NCBI GenBank assembly: GCA_963674595.2
Contig: CAXXFV010000004.1
Location: 256,001 to 320,000 of the forward strand
Origin: a bacterium
GTDB taxonomy: Bacteria > Zhuqueibacterota > Zhuqueibacteria > Residuimicrobiales > Krinioviventaceae
Length of the DNA stretch: 64,000 nucleotides
Direction: 5' to 3'
Shown: one piece after another, positions 20,472 through 31,022 of the stretch
Numbering within the stretch: position 1 is the stretch's first letter
Layout of the letters: every line of letters starts with the position of its first letter
Made by a program: the position numbers and the translations under genes
Notes under the pieces: model-generated
Database searches by the model: none
What the model was told of the DNA's origin: nothing
The model's input: only the letters and a program-made list of their open reading frames with translations

Positions 20472-21134
20472 TTAATCAGTCAATGCATATACAACTATGT
20501 TAGCACCCATTTTTAGCGCTTTTTCTCTTATTTCCGGCGGATCTTTATGGACCTCCGGATCAGCCCAACCATCAGAAATATTGGTATTAAAACTGTAAAA
20601 AGCAACCAGTCTTCCTTCATGAAAATATCCGAACGCTTTAGGCGGGCCTCCATCATGTTCATGGATTTTTGGAAGACCATTGGGAAAATTGTAAACTGAA
20701 TTAAAAATCGGATGAGAAAAAGGTATTTCAACAAGTTCTTTATCCGGAAAGACCTTTTTCATTTCACGCCGGAAATGTTTATCCATTCCATAATCATCAT
20801 CCGCATACAAAAATCCACCATGAGTCAAAAAAGTCCTCAATTTTTCAACCTGGCTGGGTGAAAAATAAATTCTTCCATGACCTGTCATAAAAAGAAAAGG
20901 AAAAGAAAATAACTTGTCATCATCCAGATTAACCTGAACTTCATCGTCCAAAGTATTTATATGAACATTTGTTTTTAAAAATGATAATAAATTCGGAATC
21001 ATGGAGGGATTATTATACCAGTCACCACCGCCATCATATTTTAAACGCGCAATTGTAAAATCACTGCTCACAGGATTTTGAGCAAAAGATGATGTACAGA
21101 TTATGAAAAAAAATATTATAAATTTTTTAAACAT
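20472..21134 (-). CDS. DUF4159 family secreted protein
   Basis: ARLKY.GGGDWY, PFLFMTGHG, GGFLYADD, PKIHEHDG, DGW.D and ALKMGANI motifs. Confidence 0.85.
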   Translation of the reverse strand: MFKKFIIFFFIICTSSFAQNPVSSDFTIARLKYDGGGDWYNNPSMIPNLLSFLKTNVHINTLDDEVQVNLDDDKLFSFPFLFMTGHGRIYFSPSQVEKLRTFLTHGGFLYADDDYGMDKHFRREMKKVFPDKELVEIPFSHPIFNSVYNFPNGLPKIHEHDGGPPKAFGYFHEGRLVAFYSFNTNISDGWADPEVHKDPPEIREKALKMGANIVVYALTD

Positions 21135-21156
21135 ATTGATAATCCAGTATAATATT

Positions 21157-21183
21157 AAAAAAGCCGGTCTTAAAGACCGACTT
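21157..21183 (-). terminator. Intrinsic terminator-like hairpin after surA-like gene
   Basis: Minus strand AAGTCGGTCT-TTA-AGACCGGCTT followed by a T-run. Confidence 0.6.
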
Positions 21184-22468
21184 AGCTTACATCTCTGTAA
21201 ATTTTTATATAAACTTCTTTTTTAAGGCTCTGAAGCCATTGGTTGAATTCTTTTTGTTTTTTATATTCCAGGGCCATTTGCTCTATTCTATCCCAGTCTT
21301 TTTCGAGGTCCAGCTCCCGTCCCTGATCTCTTTTATTAACTTTTAGAATATGAAATCCATACTTTGTTTTCACAGGCTCACTAATTTGCCCTTCTTTAAC
21401 ATCTGTTATTGCATAAACAAATTCTTTTGCCGTGTTTCTCAGTTGATCAATTTCAAAGTATCCCAAATGTCCTTGTTCTTTATTTGAAGACTTGTCATCA
21501 GAATATTGTTCAACCAAACTGACAAAATCCTCACCATTTTTTAATTTTTGATAAATCTCTTTAATTTTATTTGCGGCCGTAACCTCATCTTCTTTTGAAG
21601 GAGTTAAAGAAATTAATATATGGCGGGTATGGATTTTATCACCACGTTTGTCTTCCAGTCGAATAATATGAAACCCAAACTCCGTTTCCACAATATCAGA
21701 TAATTCACCAGGTTTTAATTTAAAAGCCGCTTCTTCAAAAGGTCGAACAAATTCACCTTTTGACATAAATCCAAGGTCACCACCCCGTTCGGCAGACCCC
21801 GGGTCCTGAGAATAATCCTGTGCCAATTGAGCAAAATCATTACCCTCTAAAATCAACTCTTTTATTTTGCTAATTTTTTCGAACGCTTCTTTTCGTGCCT
21901 CTTCTCCGGGTTTTGTTTCAACTAAAATATGGCTAATATCCACTGATTCTTTCAAGTTTCCCAAAGAATCTTTCATTGTTTTATAAAATTCTTTAACTTC
22001 CCGGCGATTTACAGAAATATCCATAACCTTTTGGTCTCGAACAGTCTGCATTGTTAAATTATTTTCAATTTGTTCTTTAAAAGTACGACGAACTTTGGAT
22101 AAAGGGGATTTATAATAGGCTTCAACTTTATCCTCTCCGCCCAACTGCTGAATAACACTTTGCATTTGTTGCTGCAAATAGGTATCAACCTGTCTTTCGT
22201 CTGCAAGTACGGTATCCTTTTTTGCCTGAATCAACAATAATTTTTGATTTATAAGAGAAGTAAGTGCTTCGTTGGTTAAACGCTCAAACTCTCGCTGATT
22301 TTTGTTCAAGTCAATTTCCTGTTGCATGGCTAAAAACTGAGCTGCCTGAGTCACCTCAGAAGCCAATATGACTTTATCATCAACTATTGCGATAATTTTG
22401 TCCAAAACTTGTTGGGTATATCCTACGCTTATTAAAAGTAAGGACAAAAGAAATATTAATCTTTTCAT
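21182..22468 (-). CDS. surA: SurA-like periplasmic chaperone / parvulin PPIase
   Basis: DKIIAIVDD N-domain and two parvulin domains (SHIL...F..LA..YS.D.GS..RGGDLG; GFHI). Confidence 0.85.
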   Translation of the reverse strand: MKRLIFLLSLLLISVGYTQQVLDKIIAIVDDKVILASEVTQAAQFLAMQQEIDLNKNQREFERLTNEALTSLINQKLLLIQAKKDTVLADERQVDTYLQQQMQSVIQQLGGEDKVEAYYKSPLSKVRRTFKEQIENNLTMQTVRDQKVMDISVNRREVKEFYKTMKDSLGNLKESVDISHILVETKPGEEARKEAFEKISKIKELILEGNDFAQLAQDYSQDPGSAERGGDLGFMSKGEFVRPFEEAAFKLKPGELSDIVETEFGFHIIRLEDKRGDKIHTRHILISLTPSKEDEVTAANKIKEIYQKLKNGEDFVSLVEQYSDDKSSNKEQGHLGYFEIDQLRNTAKEFVYAITDVKEGQISEPVKTKYGFHILKVNKRDQGRELDLEKDWDRIEQMALEYKKQKEFNQWLQSLKKEVYIKIYRDVS

Positions 22469-22480
22469 AATAAATCCAAG

Positions 22481-23326
22481 TTATTGTAAAGAATCTTTAA
22501 GGATTTGCTGTAACAGCATCCAATCGGTTTGAATTTCGGCATTCTCATGTAAGAGAGAGACATACCGGTGATAATTTTCTTCCTTTTTATTTAACACCAC
22601 ACGCCATTTTATCTTTTCAGCTACTTCATCAAAGTCCTGAACCTCACCTTTAGGTCTGATATCTAATATCTGAATAATATAATATCCAATTGTCGTTTTT
22701 ATTGGGCGTGAATAAGCATTTACTTTTGTTTTTAAATTTTCACGTGCACCTTCAGGCAATTCTTCAGCCGTCGTCCATGGAACATCATCAGCATTTTTTA
22801 AATTTGTGTCCAATGATTGCGTTCTTGACAACTGAAAAAAATCTGCATCTTCCATGACACTTTTTCGAAAAGCATTGGCCTGCCTGTAATTTTCAAAAAG
22901 AGCATATCGAACTTTATACATATCATAAGGACGAATAAATTCTTGTTTATTTTCATTATAAAATTGCTTCAACTCATCATCGGAAACTTTAATATTTTTT
23001 TCAATTTCGTTATCAATAAAATGGCTGATAATACAATTTTTAGTTAATTCTTTTATTTGTTTTTGAACAGCTGGATCTTTGGTCAAATTTCTTTTTACCG
23101 CTTCCTGATAAAGCAGTTCTTTTTCTATCCAACTCTTTATGTAAATCTGAATTTGTTCAGCAGAAATCTGTAATGCAGAGTTTTCAGGAACAACCTCTTT
23201 CAAGTCATTAGCGGTAAATTTTGTCTCTCCTACTTGAGCGATAACCGGAGAGTTATCTTCCGGCTGACTTTTACATGAAATAAAAAAGAGGCAACAAACG
23301 ATTAATGTTTTAAAAATCTTCAACAC
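22481..23326 (-). CDS. PpiC-type foldase lipoprotein
   Basis: Lipobox FISC; WIEKELLYQEA; degenerate rotamase domain. Confidence 0.75.
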   Translation of the reverse strand: MLKIFKTLIVCCLFFISCKSQPEDNSPVIAQVGETKFTANDLKEVVPENSALQISAEQIQIYIKSWIEKELLYQEAVKRNLTKDPAVQKQIKELTKNCIISHFIDNEIEKNIKVSDDELKQFYNENKQEFIRPYDMYKVRYALFENYRQANAFRKSVMEDADFFQLSRTQSLDTNLKNADDVPWTTAEELPEGARENLKTKVNAYSRPIKTTIGYYIIQILDIRPKGEVQDFDEVAEKIKWRVVLNKKEENYHRYVSLLHENAEIQTDWMLLQQILKDSLQ

Positions 23327-23335
23327 ATTACCTTT

Positions 23336-25045
23336 TTAACTTTGAAATTCTTTTTTTAAAACTCCATTATATACCTGCACAGGTATTTGTTTCTTTAAAC
23401 TAATTTTCCAGGCAGAATCAAGTTGGTCACGCATTTTAGTTTTATAATCACCGATAACCTTGCTTTTAACAAGATTATAGTCTTTAAAAACCGGCGCCGG
23501 TTTCTCAAGAATTTTAATAACCGAATACATGCTTCCATATTTAATTACATCAGATATTTGGTTTTCTTCCATATTCACGGCAGTGGATCCTATAGGTCCG
23601 TATTGAATTCTTGTTATATATCCCAATATACCTTTATTATTTTTTGTAGCTGATCGCTGGTTATATTTTTCAGCCAATCGGTCAAAACTTTCACCCTTTA
23701 TCGCACGGGATAAAATTTGATTTGCCAAACCAATATCTTTTACCTGAATTTCCTGTACCTTAACTTTTACGGGTTCCATATATTGGGATTTATTCTTTTC
23801 ATAATAGTCACGATAAACTTCCTCAGAAGAATCAAGCTTTTCGTTGATTTGAAGGTTCTCAATTTGGCGTATCATCAAACCCTCTTTAAGAGTAAGATAT
23901 TTGCTGTGTAACTCATTTTTACGATGATAGCCTTTATCATAACCAAATTGAATCAACAGTTCATAAGTAAATATACGTTTTAATAACCTATCAACACTTT
24001 CTCTTGATTCCAATGTTGGGCGACGTTCAGGAGATATTATATCAATTTCTGAAACAAAATCAGCAACAGTAAATTGTCCGTTATTATACTCAACCAGAGG
24101 TTTATCTCTCAAACTATCACTTAAAAAATCATTCAATAAACAAAAGGGATTTTTTTCATATTTCTTTATAATAAAAACAGATAAAGAATCAATATTGATG
24201 TCATTATAACGGCAATTGTAATTTTTTAATACACCTTTAGAAAATTTGTTATATACCTTTTCCAATTCCTGACTATTGCTACGAAACAGACTGCGTTGAA
24301 TTTTTTCCCGTTCAAACTTGTAGGGAGGCTGTTCAACCGGCCGGATTTTATCAACCTTGACCAGGTGAAATCCATATTGTGATTGTATCGGTTTTGATAT
24401 TTGACCTTCTTTCATATTAAACACTTTATGATAAAAGCTTGTTCCAAAGCCGCGTTTTCCCCATTTTACAAAACCTAATTCACCGCCTTTTCCTGCTGTC
24501 AGAGAATCTTTGGAAAATTTACGAGCTAATGTTTGAAAATCAGCTCCTTCCCTCATTTGTTTTCTTAATCCGTTTAATTGACTAACAACAACACTCTTGA
24601 CAGAATCCGGTGCATTTTTGGCCATTGGTAAAAAAATGTGATAAAGCTTTACTTCTTTTAATTTATGGTTATAGTTTTCCCGGATTTGATCATCAGAAAT
24701 AACCTTGTCAATTACTTTATCTGCAATAACAGCCTGATACATGTCTTTTTTAAAACTTTTTTTTGCAGCTTTTTCTATATCCGGATCTTCATTTAAATGA
24801 TGAGCGTAAGCATCAATGAGCTTTACATATTCATCAATCATATTATTCAAGTATTGCTTACTCATATCATAATTTACTTTTTTGACAGAAGCCCCATGAC
24901 TCGAACGAATATAGGAATTCAAGTCTTTTAAATAAATCAGATGATTACCAACACGTGCAATAACTTTTTTTTCACGACAACCAAAAAAAATGCACCCAAA
25001 TCCAATAAAAACAACAACAAAAACCTTAAATAATCGATAATTCAT
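23336..25045 (-). CDS. Two-domain parvulin PPIase lipoprotein (PrsA-like)
   Basis: Lipobox-like FFGC; F..LARKFS.D...KGGELG..YGFHL; a second parvulin domain. Confidence 0.8.
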   Translation of the reverse strand: MNYRLFKVFVVVFIGFGCIFFGCREKKVIARVGNHLIYLKDLNSYIRSSHGASVKKVNYDMSKQYLNNMIDEYVKLIDAYAHHLNEDPDIEKAAKKSFKKDMYQAVIADKVIDKVISDDQIRENYNHKLKEVKLYHIFLPMAKNAPDSVKSVVVSQLNGLRKQMREGADFQTLARKFSKDSLTAGKGGELGFVKWGKRGFGTSFYHKVFNMKEGQISKPIQSQYGFHLVKVDKIRPVEQPPYKFEREKIQRSLFRSNSQELEKVYNKFSKGVLKNYNCRYNDINIDSLSVFIIKKYEKNPFCLLNDFLSDSLRDKPLVEYNNGQFTVADFVSEIDIISPERRPTLESRESVDRLLKRIFTYELLIQFGYDKGYHRKNELHSKYLTLKEGLMIRQIENLQINEKLDSSEEVYRDYYEKNKSQYMEPVKVKVQEIQVKDIGLANQILSRAIKGESFDRLAEKYNQRSATKNNKGILGYITRIQYGPIGSTAVNMEENQISDVIKYGSMYSVIKILEKPAPVFKDYNLVKSKVIGDYKTKMRDQLDSAWKISLKKQIPVQVYNGVLKKEFQS

Positions 25046-25105
25046 ATTTTCCTCTATATTATCGACCTATCTTTTTGATTTATATTAATTAACAAAGATA
25101 ACTAT

Positions 25106-28100
25106 TTAAACTATTCTTTGCAAGAATTTTTTAGCTGTTTCCATGTGCTCTTCATGAGAAGAAAATTTTAATTCAAACAACAAGTCCGTTTTTTCTTGCT
25201 TTAATTCCAGGTCTTGTTCAACACCTTGAACAATTTTACTAAGCCAGGGCCGGAATTGTTCCCCCTTTGGAATATTCTGCTGGTTAAATTTTCCAACCAG
25301 TTTTCCATCTCTGAGTGAAATGGAATGCAGCTTGGCGCTTTTTGACAAAATTTTCAATAAAATATAATTAAACAAATTTTCTGCTTTTTGGGGAAGCGGA
25401 CCAAAACGATCTCTCATTTCATCAATTAAGCTTTCAACGCCTTCCACATTTTTCATCTCCACCAATCGACGGTAAATATCAACTCTTTCAGCCGGAGACT
25501 TTACGTAATAATCCGGTAAATAAGCATCTACAGCCATTTCGACCTTCGATTCAACATCCTGTTCCTTCTCTTTTGCTTCACCCACAGGTTCCAGATTTAA
25601 ATCCCGCCGCAATTCTAAAATGGTTTCTTCAATAATTTTGTTATACAACTCATATCCCAAAGCATCGACAAATCCGCTCTGCTGAGCACCAAAAATATTT
25701 CCTGCGCCGCGAATTTCCAAATCTTTCATGGCTACCTTATAACCGGATCCCAGATGCGTCAGTTCCTGGATTGTTTGCAGTCTTTTAATGGCAATTCGGT
25801 TTAACTTTTTCAAAGAAGGAATGAGTAAATAGGCATAGGCCTGCTGGTCAGAACGACCGACACGGCCCCTTAATTGATATAATTGGGCCAAACCAAATCG
25901 ATCAGCCCGGTTGACGATCAATGTATTGGCATTCGGAAAATCAATACCGGATTCGATAATCATCGTACAAATCAGACATTGTACTTTTTTTTGAGCAAAA
26001 GCGTGCATTACTTTTTCCAATTCATGGCCTTGCATTTGACCATGGGCCACGGCAATAGAAACCTCCGGTACGATGTCCCGAACAAGATTTGCAATACTGT
26101 ATATAGACTGAACCCGGTTATGAACAAAATAAATCTGACCATTCCGGTCAATTTCTTTGATAATAATTTCCCGAATCAAGTCCTTATCAAACCGGCTGAC
26201 CTCGGTTTTAATTGGCAGACGGTTACTGGGAGGAGAATTGATTAATGACATATCCTTGGCGCCGATTAAAGACATGTGCATTGTACGGGGAATTGGCGTT
26301 GCTGATAAAGATAATGTATCGACATTACTTTTTAATAGTTTTAATTTCTCTTTATGGAGGACTCCAAATCGCTGTTCTTCATCAACAATTAAAAACCCCA
26401 GATTTTTAAATTTTACATCCTCTGATAATATTCTGTGAGTACCAACGAGTAAATCAACTTCTCCGGCAGCTACGGACTTTAAAACAGCTTTTTGCTGTTG
26501 AGGAGTACGGAATCGGGAAATCATATCAACCCTTACCGGAAAAGACCTGAATCTTTCTGAAAAGGTCTCAAAATGCTGTTGTGCTAAAATTGTTGTTGGA
26601 ACAAGCACAGCAACCTGTTTGTTATCAGATATGGCTTTAAAAGCAGCCCGGATGGCAACTTCGGTTTTACCATAACCAACATCGCCGCACACCAATCTGT
26701 CCATGGGGCGATCCGACTCCATGTCTTTTTTAATATCTTCAATAGCACTGAGTTGGTCAATTGTTTCGTCATATTTAAAAGAGGCTTCAAGTTCACCCTG
26801 CCACACCGTATCTTTAGAAAAGGCATAACCCTTTTGCATTTTTCGCGTGGCATACAGTTTTATCAACTGTTCAGCAATTTCCCGAATTCGTTTTTTGGTG
26901 CGTTTTTTAAGCTTTTCCCAATGTACGGTCCCCAGTTTGTTTAGCTGAGGAACCGCACTCTCGCTTGAAGAATACTTTTGGACCCGGTCCATTTTTTCAA
27001 GGGGCACATATAACATGTCCCTGTCCTGATATTCAATCATCAGACATTCGCGTTCTTTGCCATAGGCGTCAATCTTTTTCAGTCCCATAAAAACACCGAC
27101 ACCATGATCCGTATGAACAACAAAATCTCCCCGATTAATAGATGACAGGACTTTATATGAAATGGCCCGGCTTTCTATTTTATTCAAACGAGGCGTCTTG
27201 ACACGACTATACAGCTCTTTATCCGTATAAACAAAAATATTCTCATCCGGCCAGGAAAATCCGGATTTGATTTCCAGAACATCACAGATCACTTTATCAA
27301 TTTGGTGCTGGAACAAAAGGTCTTGAAATCGCTTTTTTTGAGATTCCGACTCGCATAGCAAATAACATTTAGAGTCTTTTGTTGACACAATCTGCTTTTG
27401 AAAAAGATCAAGATTTCCGGCAAAATGCTGGCTTTCCTGAATATTGAAATCAATACATTCTTTATTTGTATAAACACGGACATTATTAATGGATTGAAAA
27501 TTTTCCTGGTTTTTTTCAAAAAGATCGAGATCTAAATAATAATCTTCAAAAGAGATCGGAAAACCGTGCTCCTGAACAAAGGATTCAAGGCGTACAGATA
27601 CCTCTTTGATTGAATCTTCCAAACTGTTTACAACAAGTGAATAATCAGAAAAAAACAAAACCGTATCATTAGAGAAAAAGTCTAGAACTGTTTTTGAGAA
27701 AGATAAACGGTCCAACGGGTGTTCATCCGGGGTACCATAAGGCCCGGCAGAACAATTCGGGAAAATCTGTATATCTTTAATTTTATCGATTGATTTTTGA
27801 GTCTCGACATCAAACAAACGAATAGATTCAACCTGGTTTCCAAAAAACTCTATGCGAACCGGATGAATATTTTCAAATAGAAAAACATCTACAATACCTC
27901 CCCTTACACTCATTTCTCCGGGTCGGTCAACCCGTTCTTCACGGACAAATCCCAGGCGTACTATTTGTTCAACAAACTTTTCAAAATCAAATTCATCGCC
28001 TACTTTTATATCGAGCATACGTTTTTGAATTTGTTCGGCATCGGCTACTTTTTCAATTAAAGCAGCGGCAGATAGGACGTAAACCTTGGACGCGGACTGC

Positions 28101-28435
28101 ATCATACTTTTCAAGGCTGTTATACGTCGGCCAACCACAGTGCTGATCGGACCAACTTCACTCCACGCCTGTCGTTGATGAGCAGGAAAAAATTCCACAC
28201 GATCCTCGCCAAGGACTGCCACCAAATCTTCATAAAATATTTTGGCTTCATCCAGACCCGGCATTATACACACGATGTCTTTTTGAATATCACCAAACAA
28301 ATTGGAGATAAAAAAAGCAGAAGAAGAGCCGGCCAGATTTTTAACCTGTAGAGACTCGTTACCGGCTATCCGGTCCAAAACCCGGCGGTAGTTTATATTC
28401 TCAGAAAAACAATTTTTAACTTTATTAGTAAACAA
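25106..28435 (-). CDS. mfd: Transcription-repair coupling factor
   Basis: UvrB-like N-terminus, CarD domain, GDVGYGKTEVA, DEEQRFGV, QLRGRVGRS and TRCF domain. Confidence 0.97.
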   Translation of the reverse strand: MFTNKVKNCFSENINYRRVLDRIAGNESLQVKNLAGSSSAFFISNLFGDIQKDIVCIMPGLDEAKIFYEDLVAVLGEDRVEFFPAHQRQAWSEVGPISTVVGRRITALKSMMQSASKVYVLSAAALIEKVADAEQIQKRMLDIKVGDEFDFEKFVEQIVRLGFVREERVDRPGEMSVRGGIVDVFLFENIHPVRIEFFGNQVESIRLFDVETQKSIDKIKDIQIFPNCSAGPYGTPDEHPLDRLSFSKTVLDFFSNDTVLFFSDYSLVVNSLEDSIKEVSVRLESFVQEHGFPISFEDYYLDLDLFEKNQENFQSINNVRVYTNKECIDFNIQESQHFAGNLDLFQKQIVSTKDSKCYLLCESESQKKRFQDLLFQHQIDKVICDVLEIKSGFSWPDENIFVYTDKELYSRVKTPRLNKIESRAISYKVLSSINRGDFVVHTDHGVGVFMGLKKIDAYGKERECLMIEYQDRDMLYVPLEKMDRVQKYSSSESAVPQLNKLGTVHWEKLKKRTKKRIREIAEQLIKLYATRKMQKGYAFSKDTVWQGELEASFKYDETIDQLSAIEDIKKDMESDRPMDRLVCGDVGYGKTEVAIRAAFKAISDNKQVAVLVPTTILAQQHFETFSERFRSFPVRVDMISRFRTPQQQKAVLKSVAAGEVDLLVGTHRILSEDVKFKNLGFLIVDEEQRFGVLHKEKLKLLKSNVDTLSLSATPIPRTMHMSLIGAKDMSLINSPPSNRLPIKTEVSRFDKDLIREIIIKEIDRNGQIYFVHNRVQSIYSIANLVRDIVPEVSIAVAHGQMQGHELEKVMHAFAQKKVQCLICTMIIESGIDFPNANTLIVNRADRFGLAQLYQLRGRVGRSDQQAYAYLLIPSLKKLNRIAIKRLQTIQELTHLGSGYKVAMKDLEIRGAGNIFGAQQSGFVDALGYELYNKIIEETILELRRDLNLEPVGEAKEKEQDVESKVEMAVDAYLPDYYVKSPAERVDIYRRLVEMKNVEGVESLIDEMRDRFGPLPQKAENLFNYILLKILSKSAKLHSISLRDGKLVGKFNQQNIPKGEQFRPWLSKIVQGVEQDLELKQEKTDLLFELKFSSHEEHMETAKKFLQRIV

Positions 28436-28449
28436 GACTACTCCAAAAA

Positions 28450-29076
28450 TCAGTCAAGAATGACCATCAATTTTTCATTCCCTTGTTGATCTTTTTTAGT
28501 ATCTATCTCAACATGAACATGACTATCAAAATCCTGCAAATCTTTAACTTCCTGATCCAGGTCTCCCCCCTTCAAAGTCAACACCCGACCGTTTTCTTTT
28601 AAATGCGGATGCGACCAGATCCATAACTTTTTCAACTCACTGACTGCACGAGCCATAATAACATCATAGCGACGAGAACTCTTGAATTCCTCAACTCTTT
28701 CATTATAAACAAAAACATCTGTTAAACGTAATCTATCAATGACTTCTTTTAAAAAAAGAACCTTTATACGCTTGGACTCTACTAAATGAATTTCAAAATC
28801 AGGTTTTAATATCTTTACAGGAATTCCCGGGAAACCAGCCCCTGTACCCAGATCCATTATAAATTGATCTGTCGCTTTTAAATAATCCGCATAAACAAAA
28901 GACTCTGTAATATGCTTTTCAACAATTCGTGACACATCATTTTTAGAAATCAGATTTGTTCTTTTATTCCACTCTTTTAAAAGCTGAATATACTCTGCAA
29001 ACTGCAAAAACTGCGCATCATTAATAACAGCCTCATCTTTTAATTTTTGCAAAGCTTTTAAATTTATCTTATCCAT
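28450..29076 (-). CDS. rsmG: 16S rRNA m7G527 methyltransferase (GidB)
   Basis: WNKRTNLIS, DLGTGAGFPG and ARAV motifs. Follows mnmG. Confidence 0.95.
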   Translation of the reverse strand: MDKINLKALQKLKDEAVINDAQFLQFAEYIQLLKEWNKRTNLISKNDVSRIVEKHITESFVYADYLKATDQFIMDLGTGAGFPGIPVKILKPDFEIHLVESKRIKVLFLKEVIDRLRLTDVFVYNERVEEFKSSRRYDVIMARAVSELKKLWIWSHPHLKENGRVLTLKGGDLDQEVKDLQDFDSHVHVEIDTKKDQQGNEKLMVILD

Positions 29077-29085
29077 TATAACCTA

Positions 29086-29101
29086 TGTTTCACGTGAAAC
29101 A
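29086..29101. promoter_or_regulatory. parS centromere-like site
   Basis: Perfect palindrome TGTTTCACGTGAAACA, identical to the bacterial parS consensus. Confidence 0.92.
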
Positions 29102-30982
29102 TTATTTCTTTCTTTTCCGACTTAGAAAAACCATTAAAACAGCAATATCCGACGGAGAGACGCCCAATATCCGGGATGCCTGACCCAAAGTACGGGGACG
29201 TATGCTCGATAATTTTTCTCTTCCCTCATTGGATACAGAATTCAAACAATTATAATCAAAACCATCCGGAATGATCATATTTTCCAAATCATCCATTTTT
29301 TGAACAAGGTTTTTCTGTCGCTGTAAAAACCCTTCATATTTAACTTCTATTTCAACCTGTTCTCTCACCTTATCCCAAAACCGGGTCTGTTCATTAAAAA
29401 CAGGGTGGCTGTCAAAACCAAAAAAATGAGACAGTGACAGTTCCGGTCGTTTTAGTAGTTTATCAAAAGGTTCAACCTGCAAAAGAGTCGATGAACCGGC
29501 TTTTTCAAGAATGGTATTAACATCATTAACAGAAGGACGAAATGATTTGAACAGATGAATTGTATCATCAATTTCTTTTTTGCGTTGCTGTACATCCTCG
29601 TAAATATGTTCAGGTATGGTTCCGAATTTATAACCATATTCCATAAGACGTAAATCAGCATTATCCTGACGCAGTAATAACCGATATTCTGCTCTTGAGG
29701 TAAACATACGATAGGGTTCGGTAACGGTCTTGGTTACCAAATCATCGATAAGAACACCAATATAAGCTTCGGAGCGGGGCAATACAAAAGGTCCTTCTCC
29801 CCTGTTTTTTAAAACAGCATTAATACCCGCCATAAGACCCTGAGCTGCGGCTTCTTCATATCCGGAGGTACCGTTAATCTGTCCGGCAAAATACAAATTT
29901 TCAACAGCCTTTGTCTCAAGAGTTGATTTAAGTTGTGAAGGCGGGAAAAAGTCATATTCAATAGCATAACCTAAACGTGTCAGTTTTGCATTTTCGAGTC
30001 CGGGAATTGAATGAACAGCCTCAATTTGCGTTTCTTCAGCAAGACTGGTAGCAAAACCATTCAGGTAATATTCATAGGTATCACGGCCTTCAGGTTCTAA
30101 AAAAAGTTGATGGGAATCTTTATCAGAAAATCGAACAATTTTATCTTCAATAGAAGGACAATAGCGGGGACCTACACCTTTAATCACACCTGTATAAAGC
30201 GGTGACCGATCAAGTCCCTGTTGTAATATCTCATGGGTTTTTGAGGTCGTTTTTGTCAAATAACATGGTAATTGCTCGGTGGTAATATTTTCGTGTTGAT
30301 AGGAAAACGGGACAGGGTTTTCATCACCGGGTTGAAGTATTGTAGATGCATAATTAATGGTACGACCGTCAATACGTGGCGGTGTTCCTGTTTTAAGTCT
30401 TGCAACTTCAAATCCCAAATTTAATAACTGATCAGACAATCCAACAGAAGCTATCTCACCGGATCGTCCACCCTGGATATTTTTTAATCCAACATGAATC
30501 AATCCATTTAAAAAAGTACCATTACACAGAATAACAGAATGGGCTTTTATAACAGTTCCAACTTCAGTAACAATGCCCGTTACTTTATCATTTTTTATTA
30601 CAAGCTCTTTTACATCATGTTGACGAATATAAAGATTTTCCTGGTTTTCAACATAATGTTTCATTCGCAATGAATATTCAGCCCGGTCATTTTGCGTCCT
30701 TAGCGACCAAACAGAAGGTCCTTTGGAGGTATTGAGCATTCGAAATTGAATACCGGTTTCATCCGCAACGACACCCATCTGACCGCCAAGAGCATCAATC
30801 TCTTTAACCAAATGTCCTTTGGCCAACCCACCTATGGCCGGATTGCAGGACATTTGCGCAATTGTAAATAGATTGATCGTTACCAACAAAGTCCGGGCCC
30901 CCATTTTAGAAGCGATTAAAGCAGCCTCACATCCGGCATGACCCGCACCTATAACTATAACATCATATTCTTCCAGAGTCAT
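29102..30982 (-). CDS. mnmG: tRNA U34 modification enzyme MnmG (GidA)
   Basis: GAGHAGCEAA, MSCNPAIGG, KTGTPPR, GPRYCPSIEDK and YRMFTSRAEYRL motifs. Confidence 0.98.
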   Translation of the reverse strand: MTLEEYDVIVIGAGHAGCEAALIASKMGARTLLVTINLFTIAQMSCNPAIGGLAKGHLVKEIDALGGQMGVVADETGIQFRMLNTSKGPSVWSLRTQNDRAEYSLRMKHYVENQENLYIRQHDVKELVIKNDKVTGIVTEVGTVIKAHSVILCNGTFLNGLIHVGLKNIQGGRSGEIASVGLSDQLLNLGFEVARLKTGTPPRIDGRTINYASTILQPGDENPVPFSYQHENITTEQLPCYLTKTTSKTHEILQQGLDRSPLYTGVIKGVGPRYCPSIEDKIVRFSDKDSHQLFLEPEGRDTYEYYLNGFATSLAEETQIEAVHSIPGLENAKLTRLGYAIEYDFFPPSQLKSTLETKAVENLYFAGQINGTSGYEEAAAQGLMAGINAVLKNRGEGPFVLPRSEAYIGVLIDDLVTKTVTEPYRMFTSRAEYRLLLRQDNADLRLMEYGYKFGTIPEHIYEDVQQRKKEIDDTIHLFKSFRPSVNDVNTILEKAGSSTLLQVEPFDKLLKRPELSLSHFFGFDSHPVFNEQTRFWDKVREQVEIEVKYEGFLQRQKNLVQKMDDLENMIIPDGFDYNCLNSVSNEGREKLSSIRPRTLGQASRILGVSPSDIAVLMVFLSRKRKK

Positions 30983-31004
30983 AAAACACCTTTTTAATCA
31001 AAAA

Positions 31005-31020
31005 TGTTTCACGTGAAACA
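31005..31020. promoter_or_regulatory. parS centromere-like site
   Basis: TGTTTCACGTGAAACA within a 24-bp perfect palindrome at 31001-31024. Confidence 0.92.
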
Positions 31021-31022
31021 TT

